From: Thermodesulfobacteriota bacterium
GTDB taxonomy: Bacteria > Desulfobacterota > Desulfarculia > JACQYL01
Direction of reading: 5' to 3'
Length of the DNA: 64,000 nucleotides
Assembly (NCBI GenBank): GCA_963675595.2
Contig: CAXXLZ010000002.1
Location: forward strand, 2,240,001 to 2,304,000
This document shows positions 17,781-28,406 of this stretch, piece after piece (the first letter of the stretch is position 1; each line of letters opens with the position of its first letter). The notes under the pieces were generated by a model. That model made no database searches. It was given only the letters and a program-made list of their open reading frames with translations, and was not told the origin of the DNA. A program made the position numbers and the translations under genes.

Positions 17781-20705
17781 ATGTCCCATAATATGGAGGA
17801 CACATATCCCGCCGCGAAGGGTTCAGCCGCTCTCGAGACAGAAGTTGCCCGTGCCGAGGCCGAGGATATCCCCACGGGCGAGAGCCCGCGACAGAAAATA
17901 CTCATCGTGGACGATCAGGAACGGAATCTTCTGGCCCTGGAGAAATTGCTCGAGCCGTTGGACGTCGATCTCGTCAAGGCACGAAACGGCAACGAGGCGC
18001 TCGCGGCCACTCTCGACACCCACTTCGCCTTGGCCGTTCTGGATGTTGTGATGCCTGGAATGGACGGATTCGAACTGGCCGAGTACCTGCGGGGAGACGA
18101 GAAGACCCGGCTGATTCCGATCATCTTCGTTACGGCCTCTCTCGCCGAAGAGCAACACATCTTCCAGGGCTATGAGGCGGGCGGCATCGACTACATCGTC
18201 AAGCCCATCGCTCCGGAGATATTGCTGGGCAAGGTCCGGATGTTTCTCGAACTCGATCGCTATCGCAACCGGTTACATGAAATCGTCGACGAGCAGACTC
18301 AAAGAATTCGGCATTTGAACGCCGTTCTCCGGGGTATCCGGGATGTGAACAAAATCATTGTGCAGGAAAAGCAACGGGATGTACTGATTGAACGGGCCTG
18401 CGAAGCGCTCGTGGGCGCTCGCGGGTTCAACGGCGTTTGGATCGTTCTGACCGATAATCTGCCCGATTCCATCGGTGCGGCACAAACCGGTTGGCAGCAA
18501 GACGTGAACGCTCAACTGGCGGACCTGTTTCGGGAAGGGAACCTCCCACCATGCTGCCGCGATGCCCAAGCCGATGATGTGTTTATTACAAAAGACCGGT
18601 CACGTACCTGTGCCGACTGTCCTCTGGCCGAAAGCAAGAGATTGTCGCCCGCCTTGTCCGCCCGACTGGAACATGAGGGTTTACTTTTCGGCTACATTTG
18701 CGTTTCCGTTCCTCAGGTATTCACATCGGAAACGGAAGAAGAAGAAAAAGCATTGTTACAAGAGATCGCCGGAGATATCGCCTTCGGATTAAGCCGCATC
18801 GATGCGGAAGCGGCACGGGACAAGTCGGACCGGACCCTGCGCGCTATTTTCGACAGCGCAAGCGACGGCCTCCTTCTTGCCGACGCGGAAACCCTTCGTT
18901 TTGTCAGCGTCAATCCCGCCATCACCCGGATGCTTGACTACAGCCAGGATGAACTCAAGGAAATGTCCGTGACCGGCATCTATTGCGCCGAAGACCTGCA
19001 ACGAGTTCTAAACACATTTCAACAGCAACTTCACGATAAGATCATCATGCTGCCGGATACTCCGGTTAAACGCAAGGATGGAAGTGTTTTTTCCGCAGAT
19101 ATCAATGCGGCTCCCTTGGATCTGGACGGAAGGAAACATATCGTTTGCGTATTCAGAGACATCACGAACTGGAAAAAAGCTACGAAAGAACTGGAGCAGA
19201 GCGAGCAGAAATTCAGAGAGTTCTTCGAACACGCCCCTGAATACTGCTACATAATTGCACCGGAAGGCACGATTATAGACATAAACCGGCGCGCATTGCA
19301 GGAACTAGGCTATGAAAAAGAATACCTGGTGGGAAAGCCCTTTGAAACCCTGTTTACTCCAGGCTCTAAAGAGCACATTCATTCGCTGTTTTCCAACATC
19401 CAATCACACGGCGAGCCCAAAGACGAAGAAGCCGCCATTCTGTGTAAGAACGGCGAAAAACGAACCGTCTTACTAAATGCATCCACGGTGTATTCAAAAG
19501 AGGGTGCTTTGCTCTACACGATCGCGGTCCAGCGTGACGTCACGGAACGCAGGCAGTTGGAAAGACAACTCGAGGAAGCCCAGAAGATGGAATCCATCGG
19601 TCGCCTTGCCGGTGGTGTGGCCCATGATTTCAATAACATGCTGGGGGTAATCCTCGGCTACGGCGAGGATATCCTTTCGCAACTCCACCCCGGAGACCCA
19701 TTGCGGGAATCCGCCAAAGAGGTCGTCGAGGCCGGAAGACGCTCAGCCGCCTTGACCCGCCAGCTTCTGGCCTTCAGCCGGAGACAGACTCTCCGACCGG
19801 AAGTTTTGAACTTGAATTTCGTCCTGAAGAACCTGGAAAAGATGCTCCATAGGCTCATCGGGGAGGACATCGAGCTGTCATTCCGTCTCGCCGAGGATTT
19901 GGAGCGTGTGGAGGTAGACCCGGGCCAGATCGAACAAGTGATCATGAATATGGCGGTCAATGCCCGAGATGCCATGCCTCAAGGCGGACAATTGATCATC
20001 GAAACCGCCAATAATAGGATGGAGGAAGAATACCCGGATGCGCACTTTGATCTTGTCCCCGGAGATTACGTAGTGCTGTCCGTCTCGGACAACGGCTGCG
20101 GAATGGATGAAGGAACGAAAGAAAAGATATTTGAGCCTTTCTTCACCACTAAAGAGAAAGAAAAAGGAACCGGCCTCGGACTGTCCACCGTCTACGGAAT
20201 TGTAAAACAGTCCGGGGGCAACATCTGGGTCTACAGCGAACCCGGCCTGGGCACCACCTTTAGAATCTACCTGCCGAAAACGGCGGAAGCACTGACGGAA
20301 AGCGAAAAGACCGATGGGGATAATTCCGTTACGGGTAATGCGGAGCAAATTCTTGTAGTGGAAGACGAGCCGTCCCTTCGCAAGCTCATTCAATCCATTC
20401 TCGGCAAAATGAATTACAATGTGGAAACGGCGTCAAACGGCGGCGAGGCGTTAATTTTGATTGAGGATAAGAAATTATGCCCTGATTTGGTGATAATGGA
20501 TGTTGTTATGCCGGGAATGAGCGGAAATGTTCTTGCGGATCGACTAAGAAGAACCATACCTGATCTGAAGATAGTCTTTATGTCGGGTTATTCCGATGAT
20601 GCCATAGCCAACCGCGGCATCCTCGACGGCAACACGCCTTTTATACAGAAACCCTTCACCAAAACAAGCCTCAGCAAAGAGGTGAAGAAGCTGTTAAGTA
20701 CCTAA
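17781..20705 (+). CDS. Cytoplasmic hybrid histidine kinase (REC-GAF-PAS-PAS-HisKA-HATPase-REC)
   Basis: RBS GGAGG; [17 protein letters not shown]; H-box [13 protein letters not shown]; NARDAMP; FEPFFTTK; GTGLGL; C-terminal REC ILVVED..MDVVMP..KPF. Confidence 0.95.
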   Translation: MSHNMEDTYPAAKGSAALETEVARAEAEDIPTGESPRQKILIVDDQERNLLALEKLLEPLDVDLVKARNGNEALAATLDTHFALAVLDVVMPGMDGFELAEYLRGDEKTRLIPIIFVTASLAEEQHIFQGYEAGGIDYIVKPIAPEILLGKVRMFLELDRYRNRLHEIVDEQTQRIRHLNAVLRGIRDVNKIIVQEKQRDVLIERACEALVGARGFNGVWIVLTDNLPDSIGAAQTGWQQDVNAQLADLFREGNLPPCCRDAQADDVFITKDRSRTCADCPLAESKRLSPALSARLEHEGLLFGYICVSVPQVFTSETEEEEKALLQEIAGDIAFGLSRIDAEAARDKSDRTLRAIFDSASDGLLLADAETLRFVSVNPAITRMLDYSQDELKEMSVTGIYCAEDLQRVLNTFQQQLHDKIIMLPDTPVKRKDGSVFSADINAAPLDLDGRKHIVCVFRDITNWKKATKELEQSEQKFREFFEHAPEYCYIIAPEGTIIDINRRALQELGYEKEYLVGKPFETLFTPGSKEHIHSLFSNIQSHGEPKDEEAAILCKNGEKRTVLLNASTVYSKEGALLYTIAVQRDVTERRQLERQLEEAQKMESIGRLAGGVAHDFNNMLGVILGYGEDILSQLHPGDPLRESAKEVVEAGRRSAALTRQLLAFSRRQTLRPEVLNLNFVLKNLEKMLHRLIGEDIELSFRLAEDLERVEVDPGQIEQVIMNMAVNARDAMPQGGQLIIETANNRMEEEYPDAHFDLVPGDYVVLSVSDNGCGMDEGTKEKIFEPFFTTKEKEKGTGLGLSTVYGIVKQSGGNIWVYSEPGLGTTFRIYLPKTAEALTESEKTDGDNSVTGNAEQILVVEDEPSLRKLIQSILGKMNYNVETASNGGEALILIEDKKLCPDLVIMDVVMPGMSGNVLADRLRRTIPDLKIVFMSGYSDDAIANRGILDGNTPFIQKPFTKTSLSKEVKKLLST

Positions 20706-21245
20706 TCGGGGTATGGACGAATCTTATCGTCGCCTGCAGATTACAGGCGCAACTACGCAGAAGAACAAGAGGTTACGGTTACGCCTGTCTGAAACGGAAG
20801 GGACGGGAAGAAGGGTGCATCGAGCGTCCGGGGCCGAAATCGGAGACATTGGCTGGAAAACGTATGCTCACTCCCGTCGCCTTTTCCTTGATCAAGACGG
20901 AGGGGTCGCCCAATGAAGTTCCATCCGCTCCTTCCGAGGCTTTGCCGAAAAACAAGTATTGTTGTTTGTCTTCCTACAATTCGGAAATCAGTACGCCCGC
21001 CGACGTGTCGAAAGGACGCTTCTCCTTGCCTTCGGTCCGGTTCGTCGATCCCCTGTCTTTTTCCACGCACGTCTCCCTGTAACCCCCCTTTCCTCTCAGA
21101 CCGATTTGTGGCACAATAATGCATTCTCGGCAATGAGGAGAGCCGGTTCCTTCTGTTTTCCCCCCCGTCGCCGATGAGATGCCGCGTCGGTTCGTATCAC
21201 CGCAAACCGCATGGATATTCAAACCGCATCAAGGAGGCCGTCCTT

Positions 21246-23711
21246 ATGGCTCAAAAGCATAAACCGGTGGAGCTGAGCGCTGAGGCTCTCAGATGGCGCC
21301 TGGACCCGAGCACGCTACCTTTTGAAACCACCTCCGATATCGAGCCGGAAACGGACATCATCGGACAACCCAGGGCCCTGGACGCCTTCCGTTTCGGTGT
21401 GGAAATGGAGCGGAGCGGGTACAATATTTTCGTCACCGGCCTGAAGGGTCCCGAAAAAAACCACACCATCGAACACATTCTCAAGGATCTGGTTCATAGG
21501 AACGACATCCCGGACGACCTTTGCTACGTCAATCACTTCGACCGGCTCGAAGAGCCGCGGCTGATCCGTCTGCCCGCCGGCCGGGGACGCGAATTCCGAG
21601 ACGACATCGAGTCCCTTCTGGAACATCTCAAGACCAACATCCCGCTCCTGTTCGAAAGCGAAGAATATCTCAACATGAAGAAAGATATTCTCGAAAAGTA
21701 CGAGGAGCAGGGGAAAAGATTCTTCAAGGAAATCGGCAACAAAGTCCGGGAAGAGGGGTTTTCCCTGGTGGAGATGCAGGTGGGGCAGATCAAGCGTCCC
21801 GTGGTCATGCCTCTCTTCGAAGGAAATCCCATACACATCGATCAGCTGGAAGCCAAAGTGGAAGCCGGCGATTTCCCCAGGGAAAAGTTCGACAAGATCA
21901 AGACGAAGCAAAACGAACTCACGGAGCAGATCGATCGTGTGTTCCTGGAAATGCGTGACCTGGACCGGGAAGTGCGGAAGAAACTCGAAGAGATGGACCG
22001 GTACGTGTTCGAAAAGAGCGTGTCCGAAAGTCTGGACTCCATCAAATCCAAGTACTCGGATGAAAAGGTGGAACATTTCCTGGACGGCATGGTGGACGAT
22101 ATGGCCAAACATATCGAAATGTTCAAGCAACGCGTGCCCCAGAACCAGATGCTGCCCACGGGACAACCCATTGAAGTGGACCTGTACCAACCCTACCGGG
22201 TCAACCTTTTCGTGGACAATTCCGAATGCCGGACCCCGCCGGTTATTAACGAAGGCTACCCGACCTACCGGAACCTTTTCGGTTCCATTGAACGCGTGGT
22301 GGACCGAACCGGCATCTGGAAGACGGATTTCAGCCGAATCAAACCCGGTTCCTTCATCAAAGCCAACGGCGGCTACCTTATTATAAATCTCATGGACGCC
22401 ATCATGGAACCCGGCGTTTGGCCGTCACTCAAACGAGCGCTTAAGACGGAAAAATACGAGCTTCAGTCCTACGACCCTTTCTTTCTGTTCACCACCACCG
22501 GGATGAAACCCGAACCCATCGAGGTCGACGTGAAGGTCGTTCTGGTGGGTGACTTGCGGGCCTATCACATCCTTTATGCAATGGACGAGGATATGCCCAA
22601 AATCTTCAAGGTTCGGGCCGATTTCGATTCCGTGATGAATCGAGACGAGGAGGCCGTGAGCCGCTACGCGAGTTTTATACGCGCCAAGGTGGACGAGGCC
22701 AAGCTGAGGCCCTTCGACCGGACCGCCGTGGCGGCCCTGGTGGAGCACGGGGTTCGCATGGCCGGACGCAGGGAAAAACTGTCCACTGAGTTCCACGACA
22801 TCACGGACCTGCTGCTGGAAGCCGACCTCCAGGCACGCCGGGCCGAAACCGATAAGGTAGCCGCGGAACACGTGCAAGCGGCCATCGAAGCCCGGATATT
22901 TCGATCCAATATGATCGAAGAAAAAATGCAGGAAATGATCGACCGCGGCACTTTGATGATCGACACGGACGGCGAAGCGGTGGGTCAGGTGAACGGCTTG
23001 GCGGTATACAACCTCGGAGACTACCAGTTCGGCAAACCGAGCCGCATCACGGCCACGGTGAGCATGGGTCGTGCGGGCATCATCAACATCGAGAGGGAAG
23101 CGGACCTTTCGGGCAGCACTCACAACAAGGGGGTGCTCATCCTCTCCGGATATCTGAGAGAGAAGTTCGCCCAAGACAAGCCCCTGACCGTGAGCGCCAG
23201 CCTCGCTTTCGAGCAGTCCTATTCCGGCGTGGACGGAGACAGCGCCTCTTCCACTGAAATATACGCCCTCTTAAGCAGCTTGGCGCAGGTTCCGTTAAGG
23301 CAGGACCTGGCGGTCACGGGCTCCGTCAACCAGCACGGCGAAGTTCAGCCCATCGGCGGAGTAAATTGGAAGATTGAGGGCTTCTTCGATTGCTGCAAAA
23401 TGAACGGGCTTACGGGCAAACAGGGCGTCTTGATTCCCAAACGCAACGAAAAGGATCTTCAGCTTCGAAAGGATGTCATCGAGGCGGTGGAGCAGGGCAA
23501 GTTCCACATCTATTCCGTGGAAACCATTAATCAAGGCATCGAACTCCTCACGGGCAAACAGGCCGGCGAGCGCAACACCAAAGGAGAATACCCCAAGGGC
23601 TCCATCAACTACCTGGTGAATCAACGATTTCTCGAGCTTGCCAAAGGCTTGGCGGAGTTCGGCAAGGAAGGCGAAGACGCGGCTCCGGAAAAGAAAAAGC
23701 CCGCGAAGTAA
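21246..23711 (+). CDS. Lon-like protease, LonC type (S16 protease domain, degenerate AAA module)
   Basis: RBS AAGGAGG; IIGQPRA, KANGGYL, VGQVNGL, FGKPSRIT, FEQSYSGVDGDSASS (Ser), AVTGSVNQHG, IGGVNWKIEGF (Lys). Confidence 0.9.
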   Translation: MAQKHKPVELSAEALRWRLDPSTLPFETTSDIEPETDIIGQPRALDAFRFGVEMERSGYNIFVTGLKGPEKNHTIEHILKDLVHRNDIPDDLCYVNHFDRLEEPRLIRLPAGRGREFRDDIESLLEHLKTNIPLLFESEEYLNMKKDILEKYEEQGKRFFKEIGNKVREEGFSLVEMQVGQIKRPVVMPLFEGNPIHIDQLEAKVEAGDFPREKFDKIKTKQNELTEQIDRVFLEMRDLDREVRKKLEEMDRYVFEKSVSESLDSIKSKYSDEKVEHFLDGMVDDMAKHIEMFKQRVPQNQMLPTGQPIEVDLYQPYRVNLFVDNSECRTPPVINEGYPTYRNLFGSIERVVDRTGIWKTDFSRIKPGSFIKANGGYLIINLMDAIMEPGVWPSLKRALKTEKYELQSYDPFFLFTTTGMKPEPIEVDVKVVLVGDLRAYHILYAMDEDMPKIFKVRADFDSVMNRDEEAVSRYASFIRAKVDEAKLRPFDRTAVAALVEHGVRMAGRREKLSTEFHDITDLLLEADLQARRAETDKVAAEHVQAAIEARIFRSNMIEEKMQEMIDRGTLMIDTDGEAVGQVNGLAVYNLGDYQFGKPSRITATVSMGRAGIINIEREADLSGSTHNKGVLILSGYLREKFAQDKPLTVSASLAFEQSYSGVDGDSASSTEIYALLSSLAQVPLRQDLAVTGSVNQHGEVQPIGGVNWKIEGFFDCCKMNGLTGKQGVLIPKRNEKDLQLRKDVIEAVEQGKFHIYSVETINQGIELLTGKQAGERNTKGEYPKGSINYLVNQRFLELAKGLAEFGKEGEDAAPEKKKPAK

Positions 23712-23851
23712 TCGTAAGCCTCGGGAAGAAAGTCAAGGCCGTATCCGCCGGCAAGGTCCCGAAGCATGGGAACCAGGTTCCGGGTGCGTCATATCCCGCT
23801 GAGCTTGGATTCATCTGAATTCCATAGCATAAACAAAGACATCGAGTATTC

Positions 23852-25045
23852 ATGGCTACGAAGCACGATTATTACAAGGAGTTGGGCGTTTCCAAAACGG
23901 CCTCGACGGAAGAGATCAAAAAGGCCTATCGGAAGCTCGCTCGAAAGTGGCACCCGGACATCAATCCCGGGAACAAAGAAGCCGAAGATAAGTTCAAAAA
24001 GATATCTTCCGCGCACGACGTACTCGCCGACCCTGAGAAGCGAAAGCTTTACGATGAATTCGGAGAGGAAGGCTTGGCGGCCGGTTTCGACGCGGAGCAG
24101 GCCCGCCAATACAAAGCGTGGCAATCTTCCGGGGGCGCCCGACGCTCGGCGGGAGGAGGCGGTCGTTCCGCCGGGGCCGGGGGCGGATACGGCTTTGAGG
24201 ACCTCTTCGGCGGACGCGGACAAGGCAGATACAGTTCCTACGAAGACGTATTCTCCGACCTGTTTTCCGGAAGCGGTCAAGGAACCGCCGGAAGCGGCGC
24301 GCCTCGTCGCGGCGGAGACCTCGAACACACCATGGAGATCGATCTTATGTCCGCCCTGCGGGGGATGGAAACCTTGCTCTCCATGGAAAAGATGAAGACC
24401 TGCCAAAACTGCGGCGGTTCCGGACTGGACCCTTCCGTAGGGCTTGAAATATGCCCCACCTGCGGAGGCTCCGGACGATTGTCCGTTGCCGAAGGCCCTA
24501 TTCCTTTCTCCAGGGCCTGCCCGCAATGCCATGGTCAGGGCCGCATCGGAAGGCCCTGTCCCCAATGCCGAGGCCAGGGCGTCAAGCCCGGCGAGGAAAC
24601 CATCAAAGTCAATATCCCGGAAGGCGTCCGCGACGGCCAAAAGATTCGCGTTGCGGGCAAGGGTGAACCCGGGACCGGGGGAGGACAAGCCGGAGACCTC
24701 TTTCTTCGCATCAAGGTCAAGCCCCATCCCATTCTCACACGCCAGGGCGACGACTTGGTGTATTCGCTTCCGGTGACCGTGGAGGAAGCCCTTGCCGGCG
24801 GGACCATCCAAGTCCCCACTCCCGACGGCTCCGTTAAGTTGAAAGTTCCACCCGGCAGCCAGAGTGGGCAGACTCTTCGCCTGAAAGGGAAAGGCGCAGT
24901 GAATCCCAAAACCAAGAGCCGGGGAGACCTCCTGGTGAAGCTGGACGTCAAAACCCCGGAAACCTCCGATCCCGAAGCGGTTGAAGCCGCGAAGAAGCTG
25001 TCGCAGTTCTACGGTAAGGACCCAAGGGCGGATTTGAGGTTCTGA
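23852..25045 (+). CDS. dnaJ: DnaJ-family co-chaperone (J domain, G/F region, four CxxCxGxG, C-terminal domain)
   Basis: DYYKELGV...[12 protein letters not shown]; [32 protein letters not shown]; GDLFL; LRLKGKG. Confidence 0.92.
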   Translation: MATKHDYYKELGVSKTASTEEIKKAYRKLARKWHPDINPGNKEAEDKFKKISSAHDVLADPEKRKLYDEFGEEGLAAGFDAEQARQYKAWQSSGGARRSAGGGGRSAGAGGGYGFEDLFGGRGQGRYSSYEDVFSDLFSGSGQGTAGSGAPRRGGDLEHTMEIDLMSALRGMETLLSMEKMKTCQNCGGSGLDPSVGLEICPTCGGSGRLSVAEGPIPFSRACPQCHGQGRIGRPCPQCRGQGVKPGEETIKVNIPEGVRDGQKIRVAGKGEPGTGGGQAGDLFLRIKVKPHPILTRQGDDLVYSLPVTVEEALAGGTIQVPTPDGSVKLKVPPGSQSGQTLRLKGKGAVNPKTKSRGDLLVKLDVKTPETSDPEAVEAAKKLSQFYGKDPRADLRF

Positions 25046-25362
25046 TGCGGAATAAACGATACTTTACGGCGGACGAAATCAAGGAACTGCTTGAGGTCAC
25101 CGACGAATTTCTCGAACGCCTCGAAGCGGAAGACATCATCCGTGCGGAAGCCTCCACCGGTCCCCAGAAATGCTACCTTCCGGAAGAAGCGGACAAGATC
25201 CGGTTTGCGCACATTCTCATCTACGACATGGGCGTAAACATTGAAGGGGTCGAGGTAGCCGTCAGACTCAGGGAAGTCATGGACTCCATGCGCCTGCAAA
25301 TGGACCGGATTCTCGACTGCGTCATGCGGGATATTAGGGAAAAATTCCTGAAAGATCACTGA
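25045..25362 (+). CDS. CbpM/HspR-like MerR-fold chaperone modulator
   Basis: Overlaps the dnaJ stop (TGATG); FLERLEAEDII...DMGVNIEGVEVAVRLR pattern. Confidence 0.75.
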   Translation: MRNKRYFTADEIKELLEVTDEFLERLEAEDIIRAEASTGPQKCYLPEEADKIRFAHILIYDMGVNIEGVEVAVRLREVMDSMRLQMDRILDCVMRDIREKFLKDH

Positions 25363-26246
25363 TGAGGCGGAGGCCCGCCATGCGGTTTCCCTCGAGAGGT
25401 TTCCCGAAACGGGGACGGCCCACCTTCTACGCACGACGCTTTTGGACGGGAATCGTCGCGGGATTTCTCGCCGTCGGCCTGCTATTGGGTGCCGATTTCG
25501 GAGTATGGAGATCCCAAGCCGCGGATCGGAGCGAGGTCGGCGATAGATCCGATCCGGGAGTGGTGATCATTGCCTGTGACCGGGAATTTCCCCCCTATAC
25601 CTTCGTCGATTCCAGCGGTAATCCGGCGGGATTCCTGGTGGATGTATGGACCCTCTGGTCCGCCAAAATCTCGACTGAAATATCCTTTCGAATCTCCGAT
25701 TGGAACGGCATGCTCACCGGGCTCAAGTCCGGTGACGTCCATGTGATTCCGGGCCTTTTCCGCAACCCGAAGCAGGAATCCTGGATGGCTTTCTCCATGC
25801 CCTTCTACGACTCCGGTTCCTCCCTGTTCTTTCCCGTACCGGGCCCCGTTGTTCGAGGGATGAAAGACCTGATGGGTAAGCGCGTAGGGGCGATCCGAGG
25901 AGGAGATGCCGCGGCGTTCCTCGGCAAGAACGGTGCGGGGATCGAGGTGGTCCTTTTCGACGACCCCACGACCATGGTTCAAGCCGCTCCGGCGGGAGGC
26001 CTGCAGGCCTTGGCCGACGAAACCCTGGGCATGTCGGCCGTGTTGGAGAAACTGGGAGTACTCGATCGGTTCGACTCGGTTCAGCCTCCGCTATATCGGA
26101 AATCCTTCCACGCGGCGGTTCTCAAGGAAAACACCGAGCTCTTGAAACTCGTCGATCAAGGCTTGAGCAGGATATCCGACTTGGAATGGGCCGAACTCGA
26201 AGCGAGGTGGGTTCCCGATCCCGACGTTCGTCGATTTCATCCCTGA
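25362..26246 (+). CDS. Family-3 (PBPb) extracellular solute-binding protein
   Basis: N-terminal hydrophobic segment; DREFPPYTFVDSSGNPAGFLVD, FSMPFY, DLMGKRVG, LLKLVDQGL. Confidence 0.8.
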   Translation: MRRRPAMRFPSRGFPKRGRPTFYARRFWTGIVAGFLAVGLLLGADFGVWRSQAADRSEVGDRSDPGVVIIACDREFPPYTFVDSSGNPAGFLVDVWTLWSAKISTEISFRISDWNGMLTGLKSGDVHVIPGLFRNPKQESWMAFSMPFYDSGSSLFFPVPGPVVRGMKDLMGKRVGAIRGGDAAAFLGKNGAGIEVVLFDDPTTMVQAAPAGGLQALADETLGMSAVLEKLGVLDRFDSVQPPLYRKSFHAAVLKENTELLKLVDQGLSRISDLEWAELEARWVPDPDVRRFHP

Positions 26247-26270
26247 AACCGGCGCCCCGGAGGATGCGCC

Positions 26271-27347
26271 TCACTCGGCCTCCGGACTCAGTTTCAGCGA
26301 CGGAAAAAACGATCGAGTACGGCGGTCCAGCAGGTCGGCAAGGCCCTCACTGTTGCCGGGAGAGAAGCCCAGAGAGCGTTTCCAGACCAAGTCGCTTTCC
26401 ATGCACAAGTACACACAAAGTCTCGAGTCCACGCTTTTAAGCGCCTCTCCCACCACTCCGTACATCTCCTCCCGGATAGGCCGAAAATAGCGCAGCTTCC
26501 CATCCAAGCCCTTGACGAATTCATTGGAAAATATCCGGGAGTCGGGATGGTTGCGGCGAACCGTGGATTTAAGATCCGGCATGAAGCGAAGACATCCTAA
26601 ACTGATCCAGATGACGGATGACGGATCAATGCGTTCGAAGATGCGATGCACCGTTTCCCGGTATTCCTCTTGCCATCCCGGATGATAAATCAGTGGATCG
26701 AAGTGGAATCCCAGTTTGAATCCGGCTGCCAGGCATTGTTCCGCCGCATGGATTCTTTTTCGGAGGGTCGCCGCTCCCCTTTCCTCACTTCGTGAAATTC
26801 TCCGGCTGTTCATGGAAAAAGACACGATCACCCGATCCGGGTTCTTCAGTTTCAACAAGGACCCGATCTCGACCGTTTTCGTCTTGAACTCGAGTACCAG
26901 GTTGGACGTTTCTTGAATATGAGGAACGATGAATTCGACAAAACCCGCGTACGGCTCCGCGTGAAGGCTGTCCGTGAATTCCCCGGTTCCCAACCGAAGA
27001 GGACGCCCGGGTTCGCATCGGGCCTGTTCCGCCAGTTCCCGGACAAGACGATCCCGGTTGGTAAAAACGGTCGGACGGTGATCGCTGAGATATGCTTGCA
27101 GGATGCAGTAGGAGCAGTCCATCGGACAGCCCGTTCCCACATGAAGAATCCGATACCCGCAACAGATGTAGTTGCGCGTACCGGGACAGGGTCTCAGAAA
27201 AGGCCCCTTGTTCTCCGTGAGCAAAAGGGTGCGTTTGTCCGGAACCGAGTCTCCCGACCCTTGGTGAAGGTTCAGGAGTTCCGCAAAGGGTCGCCCGAGG
27301 GACGAAACGTCCAAGGATTCATGAACTTGGATATTTTCAGGTCTCAT
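26271..27347 (-). CDS. Spore photoproduct lyase-like radical SAM protein
   Basis: CPGTRNYICCGY...GCPMDCSYCILQ (CX3CX2C), GTGEFTDSL, LEFKTK, VSFSMN, GFHFDP, YLCME. Confidence 0.85.
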   Translation of the reverse strand: MRPENIQVHESLDVSSLGRPFAELLNLHQGSGDSVPDKRTLLLTENKGPFLRPCPGTRNYICCGYRILHVGTGCPMDCSYCILQAYLSDHRPTVFTNRDRLVRELAEQARCEPGRPLRLGTGEFTDSLHAEPYAGFVEFIVPHIQETSNLVLEFKTKTVEIGSLLKLKNPDRVIVSFSMNSRRISRSEERGAATLRKRIHAAEQCLAAGFKLGFHFDPLIYHPGWQEEYRETVHRIFERIDPSSVIWISLGCLRFMPDLKSTVRRNHPDSRIFSNEFVKGLDGKLRYFRPIREEMYGVVGEALKSVDSRLCVYLCMESDLVWKRSLGFSPGNSEGLADLLDRRTRSFFPSLKLSPEAE

Positions 27348-27426
27348 GCGGTGTAGATCCTGATAGGGGCGGGCCGCCGTCCCATCTCGCGGATTCCTTT
27401 GCGCGAGACCTCCGAACGTAGGTCTT

Positions 27427-28365
27427 TCACGAGGCGGGAATACGACCCAAAGCCAGTTCGATCTTTTTCATGCGAGAGCTGTCCATCTTAGGGTACAGAT
27501 CGGTGGCGAATTCACTCCTGATAACTCCACGGCGGGCAAGCAAAGACTTGAGCTCATGCACCCCGTGTGGACGGATCAGATCCAGGAACCGGTGCAGTCG
27601 ATCATAAAGGTTCCAGGCCTCGGAGCGTTCGGCCTCGAAGACGATTTCATCGTTGGACGAAAAAAGCGCCATACGCACCACTGTACACCACTCCCTGGGA
27701 AACAAATTTGAGGAAGGGGCGCAGACCCCGTATCTGCTCGGCGAGGAAAGAAAGGTCATCTCGTCGCCATCGTAGAAACGGAACCCCGAGTCGGAGGAAA
27801 CAGCCTGCCGGTACTGGGAAAAACGCTGAGGCGTTCCCTGGTAGATCATCCCCCGGACCTTGTCCAACCCGGCGATCTGCTGAAGTACCGCGGCCTGTAG
27901 ATTCTTTCTCTTGATGGGACGTCGCCTTTTCTCCACCAGGAAGGGATCGTTGCCGATGAGGAGTTGCAGCGTGGTGTGCGAAAGCAATTTCTCGAGATAC
28001 TGAGGCAGACCCCGATTACTACGATACCATAAAGGATAGTCCACCAGGATCAAGGGATTGCCCACCCGGACGCGGTTCTTTTCCTCCTCGATCCACTGCA
28101 CCAGCGACAGGACTTCGTCCTCGTCGCGTCCTGTGATTCCGAGAAGGAGTGGTATGGGCCGATCAATGACCTTCCACACCTCGGAAATCAGCTCTCGCTT
28201 CAGTTCCCTGGAAAGCGCCGCCCCCTCCCCCCAGGAGGCCTCCCCAACCAAAATCGCATCCACGTGCGGCGCGACGTGGGCGATGAGCTGGTAAAGTCCG
28301 GGAACATCCAACTCATGCTCATTCTTCAGCGGAGTAATGAGGGGCGTAATCAAACCCTTCAACAT
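27427..28365 (-). CDS. Dihydrodipicolinate synthase-fold protein lacking canonical catalytic residues
   Basis: LKGLITPLITPL...ELD...GEGAALS...PLLLGIT...YDGDE...SSNLFP follow the DapA/NAL pattern. Confidence 0.75.
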   Translation of the reverse strand: MLKGLITPLITPLKNEHELDVPGLYQLIAHVAPHVDAILVGEASWGEGAALSRELKRELISEVWKVIDRPIPLLLGITGRDEDEVLSLVQWIEEEKNRVRVGNPLILVDYPLWYRSNRGLPQYLEKLLSHTTLQLLIGNDPFLVEKRRRPIKRKNLQAAVLQQIAGLDKVRGMIYQGTPQRFSQYRQAVSSDSGFRFYDGDEMTFLSSPSRYGVCAPSSNLFPREWCTVVRMALFSSNDEIVFEAERSEAWNLYDRLHRFLDLIRPHGVHELKSLLARRGVIRSEFATDLYPKMDSSRMKKIELALGRIPAS

Positions 28366-28406
28366 GGAATATCCGTTCGTTTGTGGTGGTGTTGCGCATC
28401 ATCCGC

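Noticed and set aside
21109-21123. Sigma54 promoter TGGCAC...TGCA upstream of the Lon-like gene
   Set aside because: Only 9 nt lie between GG and GC; sigma54 requires 10.
23800-23830. HAIR/CIRCE heat-shock operator before dnaJ
   Set aside because: Only a weak palindrome (TGGATTCA-TC-TGAATTCCA) that matches neither consensus.
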